Program-made: the position numbers and the translations under genes
Part shown: in pieces, positions 14,061 to 27,210 of the stretch
Position numbering within the stretch: the stretch's first letter is position 1
Layout of the letters: each line of letters starts with the position of its first letter
Assembly: GCA_964016885.1 (NCBI GenBank)
Contig: OZ024743.1
Coordinates: 52,390,001-52,454,000 of the forward strand
Length of the DNA stretch: 64,000 bases
Reading direction: 5' to 3'
From: Eledone cirrhosa
Lineage: Eukaryota
Notes under the pieces: model-generated
The model's input: only the letters and a program-made list of their open reading frames with translations
Databases searched by the model: none
What the model was told of the DNA's origin: nothing

Positions 14061-14485
14061 AAATAAAGAAATAAATATTCGTTAGTGTAGAAACTGCAGA
14101 GATATCAGCTGAGTCAGCTTAAATCCATCAGAAGGTAGCTTGTCATTCAGGAGGATAACAGTTTCTTTATCTGGTTGAGGGTGGGGGAGGACACAGAGAT
14201 TGATAAACATGGCGGCAACACTCCATACCAACATCCGACAAGTCATCATGTCGCCAGCAACAAGGGATATTCAAAGATATTTTGTATCATTGATAACCCA
14301 GTTTTACATGACAGAACAAAATGTCGTCCTAACATATATACATATATACATCCATATATACATTCATATATACACTCGTTTATACACTCGTTTATACACC
14401 ACTGAGCCGGTTGACCAAGGGATCCTTTCTCAGTGAAATTTGGTAAACAGAAATGGTGTAGAAGCCCATCATAAATATATATAAT

Positions 14486-14513
14486 ACTAGTGGCCTCCCA
14501 GCCTTCGCCCTGG
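14486..14513 (-). mobile_element. Helitron-like 3' terminus
   Basis: Minus strand reads CCAGGGC-GAA-GGCTGG hairpin, 7 nt, then CTAG|T. Confidence 0.45.
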
Positions 14514-14621
14514 TCTGTACTGTATCAAATCTATTTATAAGGCACCTATTGTTGGCATCTATTGTAATGTTCATTTTCCTTGAAATAAAAGATGTTAAAA
14601 AGTATTCAAATACTGCATAAA

Positions 14622-14813
14622 ATAATTGTTTCTACTTTTGGCACAAGGCCAGCAATTACTCCAGTGTATTACTGGTACTTTATTTTATCGACCCCGTAAG
14701 GATGAAAGGCATAGTTAACCTCGGCGGGATTTGAACTCAGACCATAAAGGGCCGTAACTCTTTGCTGCAAAGCATGGCGCCCGACCCTCTACTGATACTG
14801 CCAATCCACCGCC
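14622..14813 (-). mobile_element. tRNA-derived SINE, family 1
   Basis: A box TGGCAGTATCAG, B box GAGTTCAAATCC, core GCCTTTCATCCTTACGGGGTCGATAAAATAAAGTACCAG; paralogs at 17077, 19666 and 25586. Confidence 0.9.
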
Positions 14814-14889
14814 TATATACTGCATAAAATAATGTCAACAATTTATTTAGAATATCTAAATACAGAAAGTAATAAAGAAAGTTATAGAA

Positions 14890-15569
14890 AATAACAGAAG
14901 CTGGTTTCATTGTATGGAATAAAGATGTTTGGTCAACACTGAATGCTGATGCTTTCTTTCTATGACTCAATCATTTCTTCGGTTGTATGTCGGCTCAACA
15001 GTGAACATCTTTTCATCTGACCAGACAATTTTCTCCACCATTTCACGTTCTTTAAGAAAATTCTTGCTTTTCTCTAGCCTTTTTTGTTTTGTCTTTTCAG
15101 AAAGGGGTTGTTTTTCTGAAGAGTAAAGGAAGACACTCCCAAGTCATCATTGATGATCCTTCCCATTGTCCTAAGGCTTACTCGGACCTTTTTTGCCATT
15201 TTTCTCATGGACCTTTTCGAATTTCTTCTTACCCTTTCTCAAACGGCTTTAATAAGACTAGGAGTCTGTTTAATTGGTGGGCTTCCACTTCATGGTCTAT
15301 CCGACAAATCTTGCTCTTTAAAACGCCTCACAGCTTTCCAAACGAAAGTAAGTTTACAACGATCGAATCTGACCTCCTTGTGTGATGAAGTTTGAGTATC
15401 ATTTCTCTGTTGGATAATATTTTCAAATCCTTTAAGAAATTCAAACAAAGTTCAATATGTTTACATAGACTAATAATTTAACATGAAAATAAAAGAAGAT
15501 TAATGATATAATTACAACACTTTTAGAAATCAAATTTCAAAAATTTGCTTCCGAACTTATGTATGATCC
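14890..15569 (-). mobile_element. Tc1/mariner-superfamily (maT/DD37D-like) transposon relic, left end plus N-terminal transposase
   Basis: Minus strand reads VWKAVRRFKEQDLSDRP*SG..VRRNSKRSMRKMAK..IVWSDEKMFTVEPTYNRRND with stops; TIR-like CATACATAAGTTCGGAAGCAA near 15545-15565. Confidence 0.75.
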
Positions 15570-15595
15570 TATGTCACGTGATTGCTATCTCAAAC

Positions 15596-15701
15596 GAAGA
15601 AGAAGAAGAAGAAAAAGAAGAAGAAGAAGAAGAAGAAGAAGAAGAAGAAGAAGAAGAAGAAGAAGAAGAAGAAGAAGAAGAAGAAGAAGAAGAAGAAGAA
15701 G

Positions 15702-15731
<30 letters not shown>
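15596..15731. repeat. (GAA)n tract
   Basis: Nearly pure; further (TTC)n tracts at 24984-25107 and 25350-25470. Confidence 0.95.
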
Positions 15732-15732
<1 letters not shown>

Positions 15733-15789
15733 TCGATAAAATAAGTGTCAAACTTGAAAAAAACGTTCTGGTGTCGATATGATTAAGTA

Positions 15790-15960
15790 AAGTGCCCCGG
15801 CATGGCCACAGTCTAATGGCTGAAACCCATAAAAGAATAAAATAATGCAGTGTCTCAGCATGGCTACAGTCTAATGATTGAAACTAATAACATTTACATA
15901 CGGTGCCCCAGTATGGCCACAATCTAATGAATGAAACCAGACTAACCAGACTAAAAGAAA
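15790..15960 (+). repeat. Three tandem degenerate copies of the SINE/LINE 3' tail
   Basis: GTGCCCC.GCATGGCCACAGTCTAATG..TGAAAC three times. Confidence 0.75.
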
Positions 15961-16274
15961 AATTCGAGAATTATATAAATAGAATTCAACAATGGATCGA
16001 ACGTGTGCCGCTGATTTGCAGCACGTAGCGGATATTTGAGCAGAAGTCTCTGGCAGTTACACACCTTAACCCCAATCACTGTTTATCTCAATAATATATT
16101 TGATCGGATCAGTTAAATTGTGCGTATAACATCTTTCTGGTCCTTATCACGTTCCTACGAATAGCTTCCCCCCTATTTAACTGATACAGCACATATATAC
16201 ACACATTTATTGTATAGAAAATATAGAAACAAACATACGTATCTGTGTATGTGTGTTTATATGCCTTGAAATGC

Positions 16275-16325
<51 letters not shown>

Positions 16326-16429
16326 GGAAAATTTGAACAGGAACAAAACAGAGAGGCAGTACAACGAATGTTTATTAATTTCACGCTCTTGAGAGTGGGG
16401 TGGTGGTATATATATATATATATATATAT

Positions 16430-16591
16430 AATGTATAATAAACAATACAATATAATTACCTCATTACCAGAAGTTTCCCGAATAAGACGAATATAAGAAA
16501 CGTCCTCATTCGTTCGTCAGACAAGGCAATTTAAAACATTCGGGAAACCTCTGGTAATGAGGTAATTATATTGTATTGTTTATTATACATT
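16430..16591. mobile_element. Fold-back Penelope-type pLTR fragment with ~54-bp arms
   Basis: Arms 16430-16483 and 16538-16591; hammerhead on minus strand. Confidence 0.8.
16454..16531 (-). ncRNA. Type I hammerhead ribozyme motif
   Basis: AAUUGCCUUGU-CUGACGA-aCGAAUGAGGACG..CGUCUUAUUCGg-GAAAC-UUCUG-GUA-AUGAGGUAAUU; 11-bp stem I including GU pairs. Confidence 0.8.
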
Positions 16592-16694
16592 AAATTTAGC
16601 TCTGTAACTTATATAGAGCACTCTTCACTCCTATGACTTTTTCAATTTTCAACGGAAACTTCAATACTTATATATATATATGTATATATATATG

Positions 16695-16761
<67 letters not shown>

Positions 16762-16780
16762 TATATATGTAGATACACAG

Positions 16781-16870
<90 letters not shown>

Positions 16871-17076
16871 GTACATTAGTTGTAAATGGGCGGAAGAAAA
16901 GGTAGCCACCCCGTTCGTATCCCAGTAATTATTTCTATCGGCGTTAAGAGATATTCATGAGTGAGGTGAGGGAATAGAAGCAACGACTGTTCGTATTAAG
17001 GGTTTTAGTGTCAACCCAACGATTCAGATAATCAAATTAGGGGTCAGACGGCCGTGAAAGGCAGGGGAAGATATTA

Positions 17077-17265
17077 TGGTGAATTGGCAGTAACGGTAGA
17101 GGGTTGGACGCCATGTTTTCTACCATAGCTACGTCCCTTTACAGTCTAAGTTCAAATCCCGCCGAGGTTTACTTTGCCTTTCATCCTTATGGGGTCGATA
17201 AAATAAAGTACCAGTAATGTACTGGGTAATTGCTGGCCTTGTGCCTAAAGTAGAAACAATTATTT
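17077..17265 (+). mobile_element. tRNA-derived SINE, family 1
   Basis: A/B boxes and the same core as 14622-14813. Confidence 0.9.
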
Positions 17266-17924
17266 GAAAGAAGAGGGGTCCTATCTAAAGGATGAGATCT
17301 TCTTCCGTTCCCTAGACACAACTAAAGTGATATAGGATGCTGTTTCAACTTCTCTGATTGGCAGGCGTTAAAAATATCGTAAAAACTTAAGGGACACTCA
17401 CGTACGCCTGCATATCCTTTCAATATATATATATATATACACACACACATATATATATATATATGTGTGTATGTGTGTGTTTTATGTGTACACACACACA
17501 CACACACACATATATGTGTGTGTGTGTGTGTGTGTGTTTATGTGTACACACACACACACACACACATATATATATGTGTGTATGTGTGTGTTTTTATGTG
17601 TACACACACACACACACATACACACACACACATATATATATGCAGATGATGAAATTTCTTTGCTACGCATAATTGAAATTGCGAGATAAGAGTATATAAA
17701 TATATATTTATCATTTTATACATACATGTAAACATATGTGTGTGTGTTGGACTTCAGTTATTTACGATGGTGAGTTATTTGATCAACAAAACAACCTGCT
17801 CATGAAATTAATGTCCAAGTGTCTGAGCATTCTACAGATACGTGTGCCATTTACGCAATTCTCACTGGATTTTCTACATGACACCGAGTGTGATAAAGCT
17901 GTCCCTTTGAATTATAGGAACAAA

Positions 17925-18060
17925 TAAATGTTCTACCTGAATGGACCAGAGCAACGTGAAATATAGTATCTCGCTCAAAGACATAACACACTGCCAGGAA
18001 TCGAACTCACAACCTAACGATCATTAAACGAACACTCTAACCACGAAGTCACTCGTCTTC
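17925..18060 (-). mobile_element. tRNA-derived SINE, family 2
   Basis: GTGGTTAGAGTG..GAGTTCGATTCC..TGTCTTTGAGCGAGATAC..TTTCACGTTGCTC; paralogs at 22350, 55251 and 62881. Confidence 0.8.
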
Positions 18061-18396
18061 ACATATACGCACATCCATCCATATATATATATATATATAA
18101 TGGCTGTGTAGTTGCTATTTAAGGAACTTAAAATGCAGTGGGAATACGAAGAAAGCAAGAACGGAGGGAGGGGGGAGGGGTTTCTCATTAATTGTCTACT
18201 GGGGTCTAGGATATTTCTACGCTTTAAAGACAAGATACCATTTCACCTCAGGGCGTCAATAACTGGATAAGTTATTGGGAAATCGAAGGAAGGAGGGAAG
18301 GAAAGCAAAGGGGAAGAAAAGAAAAACAGTAACAAAACAACGAAAAAAAACACACAAACCGAGCAACTATAGGTTAATCACCTTTATATATACTAT

Positions 18397-18456
<60 letters not shown>

Positions 18457-18461
<5 letters not shown>

Positions 18462-19452
18462 AACCAGTAAGACCCCGACAGCTGAGCTCAAGCCGTTTCG
18501 ACGGCTAATTCTGGACTAAATGAAAATTTATCCTGGTATTTAAATAGCCGATCTTCTCAAGGGGTAATTCCATATATGGTCAAAGTGATTGGCAAAAATC
18601 AGTAGTAATTCTGTGGTTGCAAATTAATAGGGGAGATGGTGGCTAGACCTGCCAGTAGGAGAAAGAGGGGAGGGGGTGGAGTAGTATCAATCAAGCGTTT
18701 GTAGTGCCAGCTACAGCTGGGCATGAGGTCAAAGAAGATACAGGGGAGGGGGAGGGGGAGGAAGTCGGAACGGTAGGTAGAACAATGGGGGGTAGAAATA
18801 TATAGGAAAGAAAATACTGAGAGTGAAGAAAAGCAAATAAGTGTAAAGAAAAACAAAAGAGTGTAAAGAAAAAAGTAAAGTAAATTAAATTCTACGACCT
18901 AGGTCTCTAGATATTGTTAGGCTAGAATAAATAAATAAATAAAGAAAGAAAGAAGTAAAGAAAGAAATAAAGAAATAACGAAAAGTAAAAGAACTAGGTG
19001 GGACGAAATAGGCGAGGACCCTTTTAAGAGGTATAAGTACGTAAATGATACGGTGACGGGTCAACAAAAGGGGCCAAAATACTAAAGAGACTACCACGAA
19101 ATAAACAATAAAGGTTTCCATCCCGGGCACAATTCCAGCAACCACCCAGTGCAGCAAAGTGAACTAATACGAGATAATAATTCAGAGTCCCGAGAAAAAT
19201 ATATACTAATTTGCAACCACAGAATTACTACTGATTTTTGACAATCACTTTGACCATATATGGAATTACCCCTTGAGAAGATCGGCTATTTAAATACCAG
19301 GATAAATTTTCATTTAGTCCAGAATTAGCCGTCGAAACGGCTTGAGCTCAGCTGTCGGGGTCTTACTGGTTCCTATTACCCACTCTACTACCTCAAGTAT
19401 TGAGTACTTTGGTGCGTTATGGTCCACCTGGTTCCTTACCACATTTCCTTCG

Positions 19453-19455
<3 letters not shown>
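18457..19455. mobile_element. Penelope-type element family A with ~170-bp inverted arms
   Basis: Arms 18457-18626 and 19207-19376; variant hammerhead in each arm; paralogs at 52925-53097 and 55975-56178. Confidence 0.8.
19268..19361 (+). ncRNA. Variant hammerhead-like motif (UUGAGAA core)
   Basis: ACCCC-UUGAGAA-GAuCGGCUA..UAGCCGUC-GAAAC-GGC(UUGAGCUCA)GCU-GUC-GGGGU. Confidence 0.6.
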
Positions 19456-19510
<55 letters not shown>

Positions 19511-19665
19511 GCATTTTTTCTTCTAACTTTAATTTTATACCTATTGTGTATGGTTGACGATATATTTAATCGATTTCCACGTGCTATTGAAATGCTGGGT
19601 AAATATTCTATAGCTGTTGATCGCGAATAGATGGCTGTCGTTTATTTATCTATTATTTCTTCATA

Positions 19666-19855
19666 GGTGGTAGATTGGCAGAATCGGTAGAGCGTCAGAT
19701 ACCATGCTTTCTAGCATAGTTACGTCCCTTTACAGTCTGAGTTCAAATCCCGCCGAGGTTAACTTTGCCTTTCATCCTTACGGGGTCGATAAAATAAAGT
19801 ACCAGTAATGTACTGGGTAATTGCTGGCCTTGTGCCTAAAGTAGAAACAATTATT
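19666..19855 (+). mobile_element. tRNA-derived SINE, family 1, with TSD
   Basis: Flanked by the direct repeat ATTATTTCTTCATA(GGTG) at ~19652 and ~19850. Confidence 0.92.
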
Positions 19856-19979
19856 TCTTCATAGGTGCCTTTTAATCTTATAGTCTGGTTTAATTGGTTT
19901 TTTGTGTGATTGATTATGCTAATTGGGAGAGGAAATGGTGTATATATCTTATCAAATGATTCTATGGACATAATTTATA

Positions 19980-20022
<43 letters not shown>

Positions 20023-20025
<3 letters not shown>

Positions 20026-20210
20026 GTGATTAAGGAAGATCTCCAGAGGCTCGACATCACCTTCAAGGATGCAATGAGGGAGACACGGGATCACCTGCGA
20101 TGGAGGGCATTGGTGGACCTAGTCGGTTCTACACACGGTGACCCTCTGGAATCACTGATCTAGAATAACTCCAGTACCATCAAGCAAGAGCAAGAAGAGA
20201 GAAAGGAAGA
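20023..20210 (+). mobile_element. 3' end of an RTE-like LINE
   Basis: KVIKEDLQRLDITFKDAMRETRDHLRWRALV resembles LINE RT C-termini; purine-rich tail. Confidence 0.55.
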
Positions 20211-20241
20211 CACACACACACACACACACATACACACACAC

Positions 20242-21230
<989 letters not shown>

Positions 21231-21231
21231 G

Positions 21232-21584
21232 TATATATAGTGTATTTTGCAATACACTGTATGCTTAATTAAATCCATTTCGAAGACCTTATGCTATTGT
21301 TTTAGAGTAGTGACAGTCTCACTTACTTTAATTTTCAGCAAACAGGGGAGATAAAGCTGACAGAGTCCTGTTTCACATTTTTTGATGCTTATCAAAGCTA
21401 ACTACTCCTCCTGTTTGCTGAAAATCATGGATGTTTGATTCTTATAGAATTCTAGTAAATAATCAGCTTATAATTTGCTGAAAATTAAAGTAAGTGAGAC
21501 TGTCACTACTCTAAAACAATAGCGTAAGGTCTTCGAAATGCTTTTAATTAAGCATACAGTGTATTGCAAAATACACTATATATA
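21232..21584. repeat. Fold-back element with ~110-bp arms
   Basis: Arms 21232-21342 and 21474-21584; nested hairpin in the spacer. Confidence 0.85.
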
Positions 21585-21623
21585 TATTCATATATATATA
21601 GCTATTTCAGAGCACCAATTCTA

Positions 21624-21755
<132 letters not shown>

Positions 21756-21837
21756 GTGTGTGTGTGTGTGTGTACATATATATGTGCGCGCGTGTGTGTG
21801 TGTGTGTATTATCTATTTATGTTCATACACGGAACAA

Positions 21838-21923
21838 AAGCGCTACCCAAGGTTTCAAGGCCCTATTTTGACCACACCTCCAGAACTCGAGGGATCAAAA
21901 TTGTGACCTATCTTCAGGCTCTT
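21838..21923 (-). ncRNA. Type I hammerhead ribozyme motif, family C
   Basis: AAGAGC-CUGAAGA-uAGGUC..GGCCUu-GAAAC-CUUGG-GUA-GCGCUU with extended stem II (AUUUUGAUC/GGUCAAAAU, CCUC/GAGG); paralog at 55757-55845. Confidence 0.8.
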
Positions 21924-21925
21924 AT

Positions 21926-22031
<106 letters not shown>

Positions 22032-22349
22032 GTGTATATATAATAAAATTAACAAAGAAAGGACAAGACAAAACGTAAAACAATTTTCAAAGGGAAAACC
22101 TTAAAAAATTATTTTTTTAAAATAAATATACAAACGAAGGACAGAAGTCCATGGTCATTGGCCATTGTGATGTACTTGGACAGTTTTGACTCCTACCAAC
22201 AGTACTGCTGGGCTATCTGGGGTCACAGCATCTGACATGAGCCAAACTCTGTCCAAAGGAGTAAGAGACGAAAGACAAACAGTAATTTATAGCTGTTAAG
22301 CTACAAAACATACAATTTTGAGTGATGTTAGGATATACATATATATATT

Positions 22350-22450
22350 AGAGAATTTGATTCACAAACGTGAGGTTGTGAGTTCGATTCCCAGACGGGG
22401 TGATGCGTTATGTCCTTGAGCAAGACATTTTATTTCACGTTGCTCCTTCT
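22350..22450 (+). mobile_element. tRNA-derived SINE, family 2 fragment
   Basis: GAGTTCGATTCC..TGTCCTTGAGCAAGACA..TTTCACGTTGCTC. Confidence 0.75.
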
Positions 22451-22546
22451 ACCTGGAGTTGCGACCGATAGATAGTATTAGCAATTGGAAAGACCAATGG
22501 AAACATTGTTTCCTCGGTCCGATTTGACGAAAGTCAATCGTTCCTT

Positions 22547-22614
<68 letters not shown>

Positions 22615-23053
22615 GGTTTATTAAGGTTGTTCCAGTGGCATATTACTCTGGATGTATTATAAGTTCCTCAGACACCACGAGACTGGATAGTTGTACATAC
22701 AGTGACAATCTGGGGTAACCGATTGGCCGGTTTCCTGTGAGAAGGAGGGAAAATACTCAACTCATTCTTTGTTTTTAATCGATGCCTTAACTCTAGCAAT
22801 ATTTTCTGATTTTAATAGAAACCAGCATATTTTAGAGCGCGGGAGGGAGGTGTAGTCGTTATAAAATATACCAGTATGTGACTGGTATGTATTTTATAGA
22901 CACTAACTGGCTTGGTGCTAAGGCACATTCGACCTCAGTGGAATTTCTGTTCAGAAGAGAAAGCTACGTGGCTAAATACCACAACAGGGGAGTTTAACCA
23001 ATCACATTGAGCGTTTCTAGAGTTCCACCGACAGTTTTTTTTTTTTACAGATT

Positions 23054-23474
23054 CTGTACGTCTGTATACATATATGTATGTACGTATACATACATACTTA
23101 CATTTAAGTAAGTGCCGTACTAAGAGTGAGAAATGAAATTTCGTTTTCATTTTATTACAACTTATCGTTCTCGGTATGCCTGGCCGAACTCACTCGATAT
23201 GCAAATTAGGCTGCTCAGTCGTTAATTTTCATAAGGAAAGTATATACTTTCGAACGTTCAACCATCTGGCAGAAGGGTATACGGTGCTGATGATAGCTAA
23301 CAAGCTTGAAACTAGTACATCGTTCCTGTGTCAGTGTTGAACAAAAAGATGACGTCGTTGCCTTAACACCGTACGGCATAAATTCAGGCTGTTCAGTTTG
23401 TTTACAAACGAACAAAGCGGACGTTATAATAAGCGTCCGCTAAACTGATACGTACATATATGTATGTGTACCTG

Positions 23475-23524
<50 letters not shown>

Positions 23525-23574
23525 TGCTACTGTACGTCTGTATACATATATGTATGTACGTATACATACATACT

Positions 23575-23579
<5 letters not shown>
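23054..23579 (+). mobile_element. Terminally redundant hammerhead-containing element (retrozyme-like or tandem pLTR)
   Basis: 50-bp direct repeat at 23054-23103 and 23530-23579 (period 476) flanking a central hammerhead. Confidence 0.7.
23281..23323 (+). ncRNA. Minimal type I hammerhead ribozyme
   Basis: ACGGUG-CUGAUGA-uAGCU(AACA)AGCUu-GAAAC-UA-GUA-CAUCGU; palindromic stem III ACUAGU; predicted cleavage after 23317. Confidence 0.88.
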
Positions 23580-23611
<32 letters not shown>

Positions 23612-23616
<5 letters not shown>

Positions 23617-24270
23617 GTCGGGTCAATAATCTCTAATACTCGGTATGAAAAGAAAAAGCTAGAACATCCAAACGAATTTTATTTGAAAATACATTCAATA
23701 CTAGTGAAGAAAACATTAATAAAGTTATTTTTCAATGTAGCCTCCATTGTTTACAACCATCTTTCGCCATCTTACCAGTAATTCTTCAAACGCCGCTTTG
23801 AAAAATGAATCATCCAAAGAGTTCAAATATTCATTAACAAAACTTTTAAGTTCCTCTCCAGTTGCAAAGTGATTACCACTGAGCTCTTTCTTAAGCAGTC
23901 TGAAGAAAAAGAAGTCACTTGGAGCAATGTCCGGACTATAAGGAGGGTGAACTAGTTGATGAAAGCCACATTTTTCAATGCATTCTTGTGCAAGTTTTGT
24001 TGTGTGAATAGGGGCATTGTCGATTAGAAGCCAAAGTGGCACATTAGGCATCTTCCGCTTTTTCTCCTTACATTCAGTAACCAGTTTACTAAAATAAGAA
24101 GCATTGCAGACCATGCCTTTATCCAGAAAATCAGTGCTAATAATTCCCTTCCTAGTCCAGAAAATTGAAAACATGAACTCACGTCTATGGCTGGTTCCGC
24201 TTCTCATTTTGATAGGAGGTTTTTCATCATATTATCTTCACTCAGCTGAGGTTCTTTTACTTTCGGGTAA
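23612..24270 (-). mobile_element. Mariner (DD34D) transposon relic, C-terminal transposase plus right end
   Basis: ORF 23725-24207: DNAPIH...HPPYSPDIAPSDFFFF...[15 protein letters not shown]; TIR-like end abutting (TA)n. Confidence 0.92.
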
Positions 24271-24574
24271 GTACACGTATATTTATATTCCTCAGCTGCG
24301 TTTGTCTGTTTCTCTCTTACTGCTTCCCCGCTCTCTCTGTTTCTCTCACCTTCTTTCGCCCCCTCTGTCAGTTACACTTTCTCTCGACTGGCCTCTTTCT
24401 CGCACTTCCACTCACTCACTCTCTGCTTCTCCCCTTCTCACTTCCTCCCGTTTGGCCTGTAGTGGGTTCTCTTCTTGCTCACATCTCACTCACGTCGGAC
24501 GGTCTGTATTTCCCCCGCTCATGAAATCCACACAGCTTAAGCTGACCGGATCCCCATGCGCTTGTTTCTTCCTA

Positions 24575-24795
24575 TCTTTGCGTTGCTATCCTTCCTTGTT
24601 TGTTTACTGTCTCGCTCGCTTTACGCGATTTACTTGTCCCAATAGCTTTATTTAGCTATTGCTCGCACCAACCGGAGGTATATGATTTTTAAAGCGATGA
24701 AATACCAATGAAGGTTGGAAAATCACTGACGAAGGACTATTTTTATCATATGTAACCCATGTGCAACCACGCAGTATTCTTTCTTCTCATGTTTT
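24575..24795 (+). repeat. Dispersed repeat of unknown class
   Basis: Inverted paralog at 57445-57665; short end fragment at ~42908-42935. Confidence 0.8.
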
Positions 24796-24803
24796 TTTAT
24801 ATA

Positions 24804-24848
<45 letters not shown>

Positions 24849-25349
24849 TCACCCATAAAGACATAGTCTTTTGTCTTTAATCTTGTTACATTTTTCGCCC
24901 TCAATTAAAAAAAAAAATCTTTTTTTACTGAATTAAAATTATATTCTTTTTCGTTAGTTATTGTTATCTTAATCTTCATTATTTCTTCTTCTTCTTCTTC
25001 TTCTTCTTCTTCTTCTTCTTCTTCTTCTTCTTCTTCTTCTTCTTCTTCTTCTTCTTCTTCTTCTTCTTCTTCTTCTTCTTCTTCTTCTTCTTCTTCTTCT
25101 TCTTCCTCGTGAATTGTTTTTAAGTAATTAAAGAAAATATATATAGACAATGGTGAGTGTACCATAGGGAATTACACACTCCCAACTCGCACTCATACTC
25201 ACACTCACACCTCACACTCACACGTGTATGTATATGTAGCGTATGTGTCTTTTGGTTGAAGAGATAGAATGTATTGCAGATGTATTCTCTACGTACACAC
25301 GAACTGCCCCCACCCCTCCCATATATATGTATGCATGTATGTGTGTGTA

Positions 25350-25830
25350 TCTTCTTCTTCTTCTTCTTCTTCTTCTTCTTCTTCTTCTTCTTCTTCTTCT
25401 TCTTCTTCTTCTTCTTCTTCTTCTTCTTCTTCTTCTTCTTTTTCTTCTTCTTCTTCTTCTTTTTTTTTTTCTTCGCCCACTTAATCTTGGCGGGTCTTGG
25501 AGGCCGAGTGGTCAAGCACCTCTTCCATCAACTGTCTCCAGTTGATCCGGCTGGTTCCCCCAAGCAAGACCCACCGTGCTCATAGATGTGGATTGGCAGT
25601 ATCGGTAGAGGGTCTGACGCCATGCTTTCCAGCATAGAGTTACGTCCCTTTACGGTCTGAGTTAAAATCCCGCCGAGGTTAACTCTGCCTTTCATACTTA
25701 CGGGGTCGATAAAATAAAGTACCAGTAATGTACTGAGTAATTGCTGGCCTTGTTCCAAAAGTAGAAACAATTATTCAACCACCTTGCTCGGGATCTAGCC
25801 TTAGACTCCTGCCCGTTCAATCTGTCCATC
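25350..25830 (-). mobile_element. RTE-like LINE 3' fragment with (GAA)n tail, interrupted by a SINE
   Basis: Minus strand SRINWRQLMEEV..* followed directly by (GAA)n. Confidence 0.5.
25586..25774 (+). mobile_element. tRNA-derived SINE, family 1
   Basis: Same head and core as the other family-1 copies. Confidence 0.9.
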
Positions 25831-26189
25831 TATTCTTCTGTCTATAATATCAGAGCTGTGACCCCTTAATTCGGAGAAGTAGCAGCTCCCCCTGGAGCGA
25901 CTCTCTCATCTCCCAGCTACCCACAATGTCGAGTAACGTTACACCAAAGAATTTTCGGAGGAACCCCATTTTGTACGCTTGTATTGGCGGTCGTACCTAT
26001 GTCTTTAGGTATGTGTATATGTGTGTATGTGTATATGTGTGTATGTGTGTATGTGTGTGTATGTATGTGTGTGTGTGTGTGTGTGTGTACAATATATGTA
26101 TATGTAGTAAATGAATTTACATCTCAGTAATAACTAACATACGTTTATCTATCTCATCCTACATACATGTTATCATGCATCGCCAGAAC

Positions 26190-26241
26190 CACACGCATAC
26201 ACAGTCACACGCACATACACACACACACACACACACGCATA

Positions 26242-26339
<98 letters not shown>

Positions 26340-27210
26340 TACACACATATGCAGATACTCACAAAGAGAGTCGCATACAAGCATGTACACACATATATAC
26401 AAACACACATACATATGCACATGCACACAATACACACACACACACACATATTGAAAGAGAGAGAGAAACATATGCTTACACACACATACAGAAATGCATA
26501 CATACAGAAACCTATATATATATGTATATATGTACACAAACATACACACAGAGACACACACATACACAGATACACAGATATACACACACACATACACAGA
26601 CATACAGAGATACACACATACACAGACATACATACATACAGGTATACAGACATACACACACATACAGACATATACACAGAGACACACACACACAGACGTA
26701 CAGACATATAGACATACACACATACACAGACACACGCACATACACAGACATACAGATATACAGACATACACACGCACACACATACACATTCACACACACA
26801 CAGACATACAGACATACACACAGAGACACACATTCACATACACACACATACAGATATACACACAGAGACACACACACACATTCACATACACACACATACA
26901 GATATACACACAGAGATACACACACATTCACATACACACACATACAGACATACACACATACACACACACACACATTCACACACATTCACATACACACACA
27001 TACAGATATACACACATAGACACACACACACACATTCACATACACACACATACAGACATACACACAGAGACACACATATTCACATACACATACATACAGA
27101 TATACACACATACACACACACATTCACACACACACACATACAGACATACACACACACATTCACACACCCACACACATTCACATACACACATACAGACATA
27201 CACACATACG
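26190..27210. repeat. Degenerate (CA)n-derived low-complexity tract
   Basis: CA/CATA/CAGA mosaic. Confidence 0.9.

Noticed and set aside
15545-15782. Poly-E/K/R ORFs (also 24905-25585)
   Set aside because: Translations of (GAA)n tracts.
24720-24780. Hammerhead at CTGACGA (also 57511 minus)
   Set aside because: No properly placed GAAA, stem III and UH in either copy.
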